The notes below the pieces were generated by a model. The model saw only the letters and a list, made by a program, of their open reading frames with translations. It was not told the origin of the DNA and did no database searches. The position numbers were made by a program, and so were the translations under genes. Shown here piece after piece: positions 8,950 through 16,708 of a DNA stretch of 64,000 bases (the first letter of the stretch is position 1; each line of letters starts with the position of its first letter). The stretch is from an uncultured Ignavibacteriaceae bacterium (GTDB lineage Bacteria; Bacteroidota; Ignavibacteria; Ignavibacteriales; Ignavibacteriaceae), in assembly GCA_964613805.1 (NCBI GenBank), contig CAZTJF010000004.1, positions 51,070 through 115,069 on the forward strand. The letters are read 5' to 3'.

Positions 8950-10855
8950 AGAAACTTCCCGAGCTCCTGTAAGTCAACAGGCACATGTTATTCAAAAACC
9001 AGAGCATCCGGAATACATCGGCGGTTCCATTTCGGTTGAGATAAATGAGAAGAAAGTTACTGTTCCAATGGGAACAACAATTCTCGAAGCGTGCAGACAA
9101 AATCAAGTTTATGTTCCAACGTTATGCCATCACGATGATTTGTGTATTGCCGGCGTTTGCAGAATATGCGTGGTTGACGTTGAAGGAATGAGAACTTTAC
9201 AAGCTGCTTGCGCTTTTCCAATTACGGCACCAATAAAAATTAGAACTTCAACTCCAATGGTTCGCAAAGCAAGAAAGCATATCATTGATCTTCTTCTAAG
9301 CGAGCATTACGGTGAATGTTACTCGTGTTTTAGAAATAACAACTGTGAGCTTCAAACACTGGCAAAAGAATATGGTGTTGATCATTACAATTTTGGTCAT
9401 GTTGAAAATCCAAGATATGAAGTTGATAGCTCGTCCTATTCTGTTGTTCGTGATATGGATAAATGTATCTTGTGCAAAAGATGCGTTCGCACCTGCATAG
9501 ATTTACAGGAAGTCGGTGTGCTTGAAGCAATTGGTAGAGGATATAAAACTCGCATCGGCACTTTTTCAGAAAAACCATTAGCAGAAGTTGTGTGTATTAA
9601 TTGCGGGCAATGCATAAATCGCTGTCCAACCGCTGCATTACGAGCTAACGATCCTCGTGACGAAATTTGGGAGGCAATTGATAATCCGGATAAGCATGTT
9701 GTAATTCAAACAGCACCCTCTCCGAGGGCTGGAATTGGTGAGGAATTTGGAATCGAACCAGGTCATTCTTTTACAGGAGAAATGAACACGGCATTAAGAA
9801 GAATCGGTTTCGATAGAGTATTCGATACAAACTTTACTGCCGATCTAACAATAATGGAAGAAGGAACTGAATTACTGCTTCGGCTTTACAAAGCACTTGT
9901 CAAAAAAGATACTTCTGTCGTGATACCTCAATTTACATCATGTTCACCGGGCTGGGTAAAGTACCTCGAACATTTTTATCCCGAATTTATTCCGAATCTC
10001 AGTTCAGCAAAATCACCGCAGCAAATGTTTGGTGCACTTATAAAAACTTATTATGCCAAGAAGCATAACATTGACCCTGCTAACATTGTTAGTGTTGCGG
10101 TTATGCCTTGCTCAGCAAAGAAGTTTGAGTGCAACAGACCTGAAATGACTTCATCCGGATTTAAGGATGTTGATTATGGATTGACGGCACGTGAACTTGC
10201 TCAAATGATTAAAGAATCAGGAATTTATTTACCTGAAATGCCAAAGTCCAATTTTGATGATCCATTTGGTGATGCATCAGGTGCAGGACTTATTTTCGGT
10301 GCAACCGGCGGTGTAATGGAAGCAGCACTTAGAACGGTGATTGAATTAGTTACTGGAATAAAAGTTGAAAAAGTTTTTGATAATATGAACATCATGCCAG
10401 TTAGAGGATTTGAAGGAATTAAATATGCCGAACTTCCAATTACAAAAGTCGGACCTGTTCCCAAAATTTTAACTCATCTTGTTCCTAACTGGGATTGGCT
10501 AAAGGGAGCAACCGTAAAAGTAGCAGTTGCGCATGGTACAGCCAACGCAAAGAGAGTAATTGAGGATATCAAAGCCGGCGGTAAATTCAGCGAATGTCAT
10601 TTCATTGAATTCATGGCTTGTCCTGGCGGATGTATAGGAGGCGGTGGTCAGCCAATTCCTACAAATGCTGAGATTAGACGACTTAGAGCAAAAGCAATTT
10701 ATGATGAAGATGCTTCGCTCGGATTGCGAAAATCTCACGAGAACACTCACGTATTAAAACTGTATGAAGAATTTTTGACTGATGGTCCTTGCGGGCACAC
10801 GGCGCATAAACTGCTTCATACGCATTATACGAAGAGAGGAAAGTTTATTTCCTAA
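8939..10855 (+). CDS. hydA: [FeFe]-hydrogenase catalytic subunit, M3-type (HydA2) with variant L1 motif
   Basis: 2Fe-2S region (CHHDDLCIAGVCRICVVDV), HYGECYSCFRNNNC, CILCKRCVRTC and CINCGQCINRCP. H-cluster motifs: L1 FTSCSPGWV (variant), L2 MPCSAKKFE, L3 EFMACPGGCIGGGGQP. The start is ambiguous (ATG 8903, 8927 or 8939). I chose 8939 because a GGAG lies 6 nt upstream. Confidence 0.9.
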   Translation: MKTKETSRAPVSQQAHVIQKPEHPEYIGGSISVEINEKKVTVPMGTTILEACRQNQVYVPTLCHHDDLCIAGVCRICVVDVEGMRTLQAACAFPITAPIKIRTSTPMVRKARKHIIDLLLSEHYGECYSCFRNNNCELQTLAKEYGVDHYNFGHVENPRYEVDSSSYSVVRDMDKCILCKRCVRTCIDLQEVGVLEAIGRGYKTRIGTFSEKPLAEVVCINCGQCINRCPTAALRANDPRDEIWEAIDNPDKHVVIQTAPSPRAGIGEEFGIEPGHSFTGEMNTALRRIGFDRVFDTNFTADLTIMEEGTELLLRLYKALVKKDTSVVIPQFTSCSPGWVKYLEHFYPEFIPNLSSAKSPQQMFGALIKTYYAKKHNIDPANIVSVAVMPCSAKKFECNRPEMTSSGFKDVDYGLTARELAQMIKESGIYLPEMPKSNFDDPFGDASGAGLIFGATGGVMEAALRTVIELVTGIKVEKVFDNMNIMPVRGFEGIKYAELPITKVGPVPKILTHLVPNWDWLKGATVKVAVAHGTANAKRVIEDIKAGGKFSECHFIEFMACPGGCIGGGGQPIPTNAEIRRLRAKAIYDEDASLGLRKSHENTHVLKLYEEFLTDGPCGHTAHKLLHTHYTKRGKFIS

Positions 10856-10865
10856 GTACATTCAT

Positions 10866-10903
10866 AAAAATCCCTCTCCGAGTGAGAGGGATTTTTAGTT
10901 TTT
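10866..10903 (+). terminator. Rho-independent terminator after hydA2
   Basis: A perfect 13-bp stem: aaaaatccctctc (10866-10878) pairs with gagagggattttt (10884-10896), with loop cgagt. T-rich sequence follows. Confidence 0.8.
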
Positions 10904-10999
10904 ATTATTGACATTGAGCGAAAAAAGTCCTTTTTATGGAATGAGAAAAAAATATTTCTCAGTTAAGTCATCCAATTATTTAAGAACGAGAGGTGTAAA

Positions 11000-12502
11000 A
11001 TGAAAAAAGTCCTTTTTTTCTGTTTATGCTCTTTTCTTTCATATCAATTATTAGCTCAACCCTTCCAGAAAAAGCAGATAACAAATTTTGATTGGGATTC
11101 AAGAGGTGCTGTAATTCCAAATTATCCGCTTGGAATTTCAACCTTGCCCAATTCGCCAATATTTTTTGAGGCACATAAGAATAATTCTTCTAACATTATG
11201 ATGATGAGCTACAGTCCGAATGCTGACAGCTTTTACAATCCCACTGAGCTAACAAAGAACAATTTCCTTAATATAAATGCTGATGCAAGCTGCAGCCAAA
11301 TTTATCCTAATGTTAAAGTCAATATAATTTGGCAAACCAACGAAAATGGTAATTGGGATATTGCACTTAGAACACTAACAGATTCCACTTGGAGTGCAAA
11401 AAAATACATAGCTAATTCTCTATCAAATGAAACCAACCCTAAATTTGTTGCAAGACATAATAATCATTTTCCCACAGCAACTTCTATTGAAGTTTTATAT
11501 GAAAGAGATAACAGCATTTATCTTTATAAAGAGACTGAGTCAGTTGTGACTAATGAAATAGTTTTCAGTGGTGATAGTTTGAATAAATTCACTCAGTCCA
11601 CTGGAATTTATTATGATGTTTGGTTTGGACCCCCCTCCGGTTTGTATGTAGCTGCTGTTTACAAACCAAATGATACGGCTTCTATTATTGTTTATCGTTA
11701 TAAAGCAAACGAAGATTCGGTTTGGAGTCCAATTCTCACAGCTTATGACAGCGGTTATTGTGAAAATCCAAGTTTTTACAACGTGTTTTTTGAACAATGT
11801 CCAATGAGTTTTGAAAAGGTAATCGGAAACAAACGACAAGTATTTGTTATACCCAAATTGGAGTATCTTGGTCAAAACAACCAAGCCGTTAAGCTCACAG
11901 ATAATACAGCAACCAGCACTTCAAACTTGAAGATGTTCATGTATGGTATGGTTGGTAAAAAAGAAAACTTAGAGGATTATTATTTCTCAGGACCTCATTC
12001 ATTTAAATCAATTTCCAATGACTCAACCTACATTGTTTGTTTATTTTATCCTTTTCCAGTACATGCAATGTTTTATTCTAAAGTAGCTGACAGTAGAATT
12101 GGTTTGGGTAATATCGGTATGTTTTACGGCTATGCTGTCTCTTATCGAATTTGGGAAGATAGTTCCGATGGAAAAATTAATTTATTTGGTTTTTTGATGT
12201 ATGATCCTTTGGGAAATGTAGATGATAAAATTGAGGCAACTAATTTTCAGCTTTACCAAAATTACCCCAACCCCTTTAATCCCAACACTGTAATTCGGTA
12301 TAGCTTACTCTCAAGAGATTTTGTTACCCTTAAAGTTTTTGACGTATTGGGAAATGAAGTTGCAGCATTAGTAAATGATGAAATGGATGCTGGTGAATAC
12401 AAAACAATTTTTGATGGATCAAATTTAGCAAGCGGAATTTATGTCTATCGGCTGACGGTTGGAAAGAATTATATTAGTCGAAAGATGATATTATTAAAAT
12501 AA
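11000..12502 (+). CDS. Secreted protein of unknown function with T9SS C-terminal sorting domain
   Basis: Signal peptide (MKKVLFFCLCSFLSYQLLAQ). The C-terminal ~80 aa (LYQNYPNPFNPNTVIRYSL ... GIYVYRLTVGKNYISRKMILLK) match the T9SS type-A CTD pattern. Confidence 0.75.
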   Translation: MKKVLFFCLCSFLSYQLLAQPFQKKQITNFDWDSRGAVIPNYPLGISTLPNSPIFFEAHKNNSSNIMMMSYSPNADSFYNPTELTKNNFLNINADASCSQIYPNVKVNIIWQTNENGNWDIALRTLTDSTWSAKKYIANSLSNETNPKFVARHNNHFPTATSIEVLYERDNSIYLYKETESVVTNEIVFSGDSLNKFTQSTGIYYDVWFGPPSGLYVAAVYKPNDTASIIVYRYKANEDSVWSPILTAYDSGYCENPSFYNVFFEQCPMSFEKVIGNKRQVFVIPKLEYLGQNNQAVKLTDNTATSTSNLKMFMYGMVGKKENLEDYYFSGPHSFKSISNDSTYIVCLFYPFPVHAMFYSKVADSRIGLGNIGMFYGYAVSYRIWEDSSDGKINLFGFLMYDPLGNVDDKIEATNFQLYQNYPNPFNPNTVIRYSLLSRDFVTLKVFDVLGNEVAALVNDEMDAGEYKTIFDGSNLASGIYVYRLTVGKNYISRKMILLK

Positions 12503-12510
12503 ATTGAAAA

Positions 12511-12620
12511 GACATCAGAAAAATACTGGATGTCATTTCGATCCCGATTTCAATCGGGAGAGAAATCTTCAATTTCGAAAAGATTTCTCAGTCTTGCAAA
12601 GCCATCCTTCTTCCAAAGGA
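12511..12620. repeat. Cluster of four consecutive intergenic stem-loops
   Basis: Four stems in series: gacatc/gatgtc (12511-12534), tcccga/tcggga (12542-12559), gagaaatctt/aagatttctc (12560-12589, 10 bp perfect) and tcctt/aagga (12605-12620). Confidence 0.5.
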
Positions 12621-12706
12621 ATGATTTTGACAGAAATGATTTTTCATAATTATTCAGAGATCTTTTGAACTTAATCTTAAAAAGAATTTAATTAACACCA
12701 AAAAAT

Positions 12707-14116
12707 ATGATACGATTAATTCCTGATTGGGCACACAAATACGAAGCATTTTGGGATGCTATACGAAAACGCAACATGTGGTTCATCAAGCTGCGTTATG
12801 GAGCCGTGTTAATGCTCACAAGTTTTATTCTTGCTTCCGAATATTTCCTCGGATTTAAGTTTACCGAGACGCAAACTATTGCTATATCTGTAATAACAAT
12901 ATCAATTTTGACTTATAATGCACTTTTACATATTGGTAAGAAACATATTAAATCAATCGCTGGACAATTTAATCCTCTCCATCTTTCAGTAATTCAGATA
13001 CTTTTAGATTTTATTGCACTCTTTTTACTCGTTCATTTTACCGGAGGAATCGAAACACCATTATACATGCTATTTGTTTTTCATATGATAATTGGAAGCT
13101 TGATACTTCCGGGTTCAATAATTTACCCTGTCGGAGCTGTTGTTGTGTTAGGTTTTGGCGGTATTGTTTTTTCAGAATATTATCACATCATTCCGCATTA
13201 TGCCATTCAAGGTTTCCTAAATACTCAACTTTATGATGATTTCAATTACGTTGTATCAATCTTTACAATTTTTGGATTTACAATTTTTATTAGCATTTAT
13301 CTTGCAAATGGAATTGCACGTCAACTCTATAGTATGGAACAGGATTTAATTGAAACCCTTGATCGTCTCAACGTTGCAGAAATGGAAAAGCAAAGGTATA
13401 TCGTGGGGATTGTTCATGAGATAAAAACACCACTAACAGCAGTTCAGTCTTATTTAAATTTGATACTACAAAAATTCCTTGGACCTCTCGATAAAAAAGT
13501 TGAAGAACGACTAATCAGAGCGCGTACAAGATCTGAAGAAGCAATACACCTAATAAATGATGTGATAAAAATTTCAAGGTTTAAATTATTTAATCAGTTT
13601 GTTCATGAAGAAATTCTGATTGAAGAAGTGATGAGCGAACTTGCAAATAAACATTCCGAAATTGCAGAAACTAAAAAGATTAAACTGGTATTTAATGATA
13701 ACAGGAAAACCAATACAAAAATAAAGGGCGATAAATTTTTGTTAACACTTGCAATTTCAAATCTTATTGGCAATGCCGTAAAATTTGTCGGTAAGAAAGG
13801 ATTAATTGAAGTGAATATGGAAGATGATGAGAATAACCTGCTTATTTCCATTTGTGATAATGGTATGGGCATTCCTGAAAACGAATTAGAGAAAATATTC
13901 ATAGCATTCTTCAGGTCATCTAACGTAAGTAAAGATAAGCAAGAGGGAGCCGGAATTGGTTTATCAATTGTAAAAGAAATTATTGAAAAGCATGAGGGAA
14001 AAATCTCAGTCGAAAGTCCTTCAAGATTAACAAACGGCAATAAACCTGGAACGTGCTTTAAAATACAATTACCTAAAATCAATATTTCATCAATAAAAAA
14101 AGGAGGAGTTCAATGA
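12707..14116 (+). CDS. Polytopic membrane sensor histidine kinase
   Basis: About six hydrophobic segments with short loops at the N-terminus. H-box (IVGIVHEIKTPLTAV) and HATPase_c (NLIGNAVKF ... DNGMGIP ... GAGIGLSIVKEII). The stop overlaps the next start (ATGA at 14113). Confidence 0.85.
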   Translation: MIRLIPDWAHKYEAFWDAIRKRNMWFIKLRYGAVLMLTSFILASEYFLGFKFTETQTIAISVITISILTYNALLHIGKKHIKSIAGQFNPLHLSVIQILLDFIALFLLVHFTGGIETPLYMLFVFHMIIGSLILPGSIIYPVGAVVVLGFGGIVFSEYYHIIPHYAIQGFLNTQLYDDFNYVVSIFTIFGFTIFISIYLANGIARQLYSMEQDLIETLDRLNVAEMEKQRYIVGIVHEIKTPLTAVQSYLNLILQKFLGPLDKKVEERLIRARTRSEEAIHLINDVIKISRFKLFNQFVHEEILIEEVMSELANKHSEIAETKKIKLVFNDNRKTNTKIKGDKFLLTLAISNLIGNAVKFVGKKGLIEVNMEDDENNLLISICDNGMGIPENELEKIFIAFFRSSNVSKDKQEGAGIGLSIVKEIIEKHEGKISVESPSRLTNGNKPGTCFKIQLPKINISSIKKGGVQ

Positions 14117-15477
14117 ACAACATTACTTCTAAAATTATCTTTTCCACCGCACTTATTTTTATTTTCTGTTTTGATAATTATTCACAGCAAGTGAAAGCCG
14201 GCGATCATGCGTTGGGCACAAGAAAATATGAAGACTTCAGCAAAGCCACTCTTTGCGGATCTGCGTGTCATAATGATTTCTTTCAGCAGTGGAAACAGGC
14301 AATGATGTCCCAATGTTATCATCACGAGTGGGATGAAATAGAATACTTCAAGCTTGCTGTTCCACATGCAGAGAAAGATCAGATTGTTGCCGGAGTTAAA
14401 GCGGGATGCAACGGTTGTCATGCGCCAATTTCATTTTTAGCTGGTGATGTTCCTCCACCAAAGCCAGATAAAATGTCTATGGCTAATGAATCTGTAAACT
14501 GCGATGTTTGTCATACAGTAACCGGATTTGAAGGTGATACACCATTCAACTTCAACTTTATTTCTTCGCCGGGAAATGTGAAGTATGGACCGAGAGAAAA
14601 TGTTGAATCGCCCGAACATGAAATAAAGAAATCTGAATTCTTAGCTAGTGCAGAATTTTGCGGTACATGCCACAATGAAAAAGATCCCTATGGAATTTGG
14701 GTTAAGTCAACACATCTTGAATGGAAGGAAGGTCCATATGCAAAGGAAGGCGTTAAATGCCAAAATTGCCACATGACTTATGCACCAGGATATACCGCTG
14801 CGATGGGGAAATTTTATCCGGATACTCGTCAGCATCTATTTCACGGTGCTCATGATCCTGGTAAAGTAAAAGGCACAATTGAATTACGAATCCATCCCGA
14901 CATAAATGAAGCTGAACCTGGCGAAAGAGTAAAATTCACAATTGCATTGTTCAATCAAAAAACCGGACACAAATTTCCAACTGGTTCAGTGGAAGATAGA
15001 ATTGTCTGGATGCACGTCGAAGCGGTTGATGCTAAAGGAAAAGTATATCACATACCTGTGGATAAAAAAGGTTTCGCGGGCGAAGAATTTACAATTGGAA
15101 GTGATGCGCTTGCTTATCAGGATATGGGAATAGCTTTGAACGATGAGAATTTCAAAGGCGTACAGCGTGATGGAATTCCAATTGGAGATAGGATATTTCG
15201 CATGCCGTATTTTGATCCTCAAGGTCGAATGACAATTCAGCAGTGGAACACAAAATCTCTTGGTGTTGATTACAGGATCGGACCAAGAGAAACAAAATTA
15301 GAAACTTGTACTTTCACTCTGCCGAATAATCTTCCACCAGGAAAACTTAAAGTCACTGCTATTTTAAATTATCAGAAACTTGTAAAACCGGTTGCAGATT
15401 TTCTTGGTGTTCCCGAAGAAGAATCAGAGATTATCAAAGTAAATGAGCATTCAACTTACGTTAACATTTTACCATAG
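14113..15477 (+). CDS. Periplasmic multiheme cytochrome c (4 CxxCH + 1 CxxxCH)
   Basis: Signal peptide present. Heme motifs: CGSACH (Cx3CH), CNGCH, CDVCH, CGTCH and CQNCH. The C-terminal ~170 aa are beta-rich and have no heme motifs. Confidence 0.85.
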   Translation: MNNITSKIIFSTALIFIFCFDNYSQQVKAGDHALGTRKYEDFSKATLCGSACHNDFFQQWKQAMMSQCYHHEWDEIEYFKLAVPHAEKDQIVAGVKAGCNGCHAPISFLAGDVPPPKPDKMSMANESVNCDVCHTVTGFEGDTPFNFNFISSPGNVKYGPRENVESPEHEIKKSEFLASAEFCGTCHNEKDPYGIWVKSTHLEWKEGPYAKEGVKCQNCHMTYAPGYTAAMGKFYPDTRQHLFHGAHDPGKVKGTIELRIHPDINEAEPGERVKFTIALFNQKTGHKFPTGSVEDRIVWMHVEAVDAKGKVYHIPVDKKGFAGEEFTIGSDALAYQDMGIALNDENFKGVQRDGIPIGDRIFRMPYFDPQGRMTIQQWNTKSLGVDYRIGPRETKLETCTFTLPNNLPPGKLKVTAILNYQKLVKPVADFLGVPEEESEIIKVNEHSTYVNILP

Positions 15478-15485
15478 GTGCACAA

Positions 15486-16634
15486 ATGAAAAAAACAATT
15501 TTATTCTCTCTGTTGATTTTAATTTTAGTTCCTTACGCTACACAAGCAATTCCTGCCTTTGCTCGGAAGTACAATATGACTTGCAAGACCTGTCATGCAC
15601 CATTTCCAAAACTCAAAGCTTACGGTGAGGAATTTGCCGGTAACGGTTTTGTTTTAAAAGATCAAGATGCTCCAAGATATTTTGTGGAAACAGGTGACGA
15701 AAAACTTTCGTTGATAAGAGATATTCCACTTGCGGTTAGAGTTGACGGCTATGCGACTTTCAATTCCGAAAAATCGGAACGATCCGATTTTAAAACTCCA
15801 TTTATTTTTAAACTATTGTCGGGCGGTTCAATTTTTAAGAATGTTTCATACTATGTTTATTACATTCTTGAAGATGGCGAGGTAGGCAAATTAGAAGATG
15901 CATTCGTGATGTTTAATGATCTTTTCGGAAGCGGACTCGCCTTTTCAATTGGTCAATTTCAGGTATCCGATCCTTTATTCAAAAGAGAATTAAGACTGAC
16001 ACTTGCCGATTACGACATTTACAAAGTGAAAGTTGGTAATTCTCATACAAATCTTACTTACGATCGTGGCATTATGTTGAATTATGGATTTGAGACTGGA
16101 ACAGATTTAACTTTTGAAGTCATAAATGGAAATGGTATTGGTGCAATTGAAAATGGAAACTTTGATAATGACAAGTACAAAAATTTTATGGGAAGAATAT
16201 CACAAGATCTTGGTGAACATATAAGAATAGGCGGATTTGGTTATCTTGGAAAAGAGGAAACAAATGATGTTACAAGTGATTTGTGGATGGTTGGTCCGGA
16301 TGCAACAATTTCTTTTGATCCGATTGAACTGAATGTGCAATTTGTAGAAAGACGGGATAAGAATCCATTCTTTCTGAGTAATGCAGCTATTGAAATTAAA
16401 ACACGCGGAGCTTTTGCTGAACTGATCTTCAGGCCCGATGGTGACAATAGCAATTGGTACGCAGTTGGTTTATACAATTGGGTTGAGTCTAACATCGGTA
16501 TGCTTGATAAAAAATCTGCATCTTTTCATTTAGGATATCTTATGGCAAGAAACATTAGACTGGTTGGAGAACTAACTTACGACTTTACAAATAAGTTTAG
16601 TAAGATCGGGTTAGGTTTTGTTTCGGCTTTTTAG
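15486..16634 (+). CDS. Fused monoheme cytochrome c / outer-membrane beta-barrel protein (Cyc2-like)
   Basis: A signal peptide is followed directly by AIPAFARKYNMTCKTCHAPFPKLKAYGEEF, which holds the single CxxCH. The rest shows an alternating-hydrophobicity, Gly/aromatic-rich pattern. The C-terminus (GLGFVSAF) ends in an aromatic residue, typical of OMP barrels. Confidence 0.65.
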   Translation: MKKTILFSLLILILVPYATQAIPAFARKYNMTCKTCHAPFPKLKAYGEEFAGNGFVLKDQDAPRYFVETGDEKLSLIRDIPLAVRVDGYATFNSEKSERSDFKTPFIFKLLSGGSIFKNVSYYVYYILEDGEVGKLEDAFVMFNDLFGSGLAFSIGQFQVSDPLFKRELRLTLADYDIYKVKVGNSHTNLTYDRGIMLNYGFETGTDLTFEVINGNGIGAIENGNFDNDKYKNFMGRISQDLGEHIRIGGFGYLGKEETNDVTSDLWMVGPDATISFDPIELNVQFVERRDKNPFFLSNAAIEIKTRGAFAELIFRPDGDNSNWYAVGLYNWVESNIGMLDKKSASFHLGYLMARNIRLVGELTYDFTNKFSKIGLGFVSAF

Positions 16635-16643
16635 TTTTTAATT

Positions 16644-16690
16644 GAAGCACAGATTACATTTGCTTAAAGTGAAACGATAATCTGTGCTTC
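16644..16690. terminator. Hairpin between convergent genes (likely bidirectional terminator)
   Basis: A 13-bp perfect inverted repeat: gaagcacagatta (16644-16656) and taatctgtgcttc (16678-16690). T-rich sequence follows on the + strand. It lies between the stops at 16634 (+) and 16709 (-). Confidence 0.6.
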
Positions 16691-16708
16691 TGAAATTTTA
16701 ATTTTTAT

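Noticed and set aside
13603-14082. 159-aa minus-strand ORF inside the histidine kinase gene
   Set aside because: It is antisense to a region with unmistakable HATPase_c motifs on the plus strand. It has no start context or motif of its own, so it is a shadow ORF.
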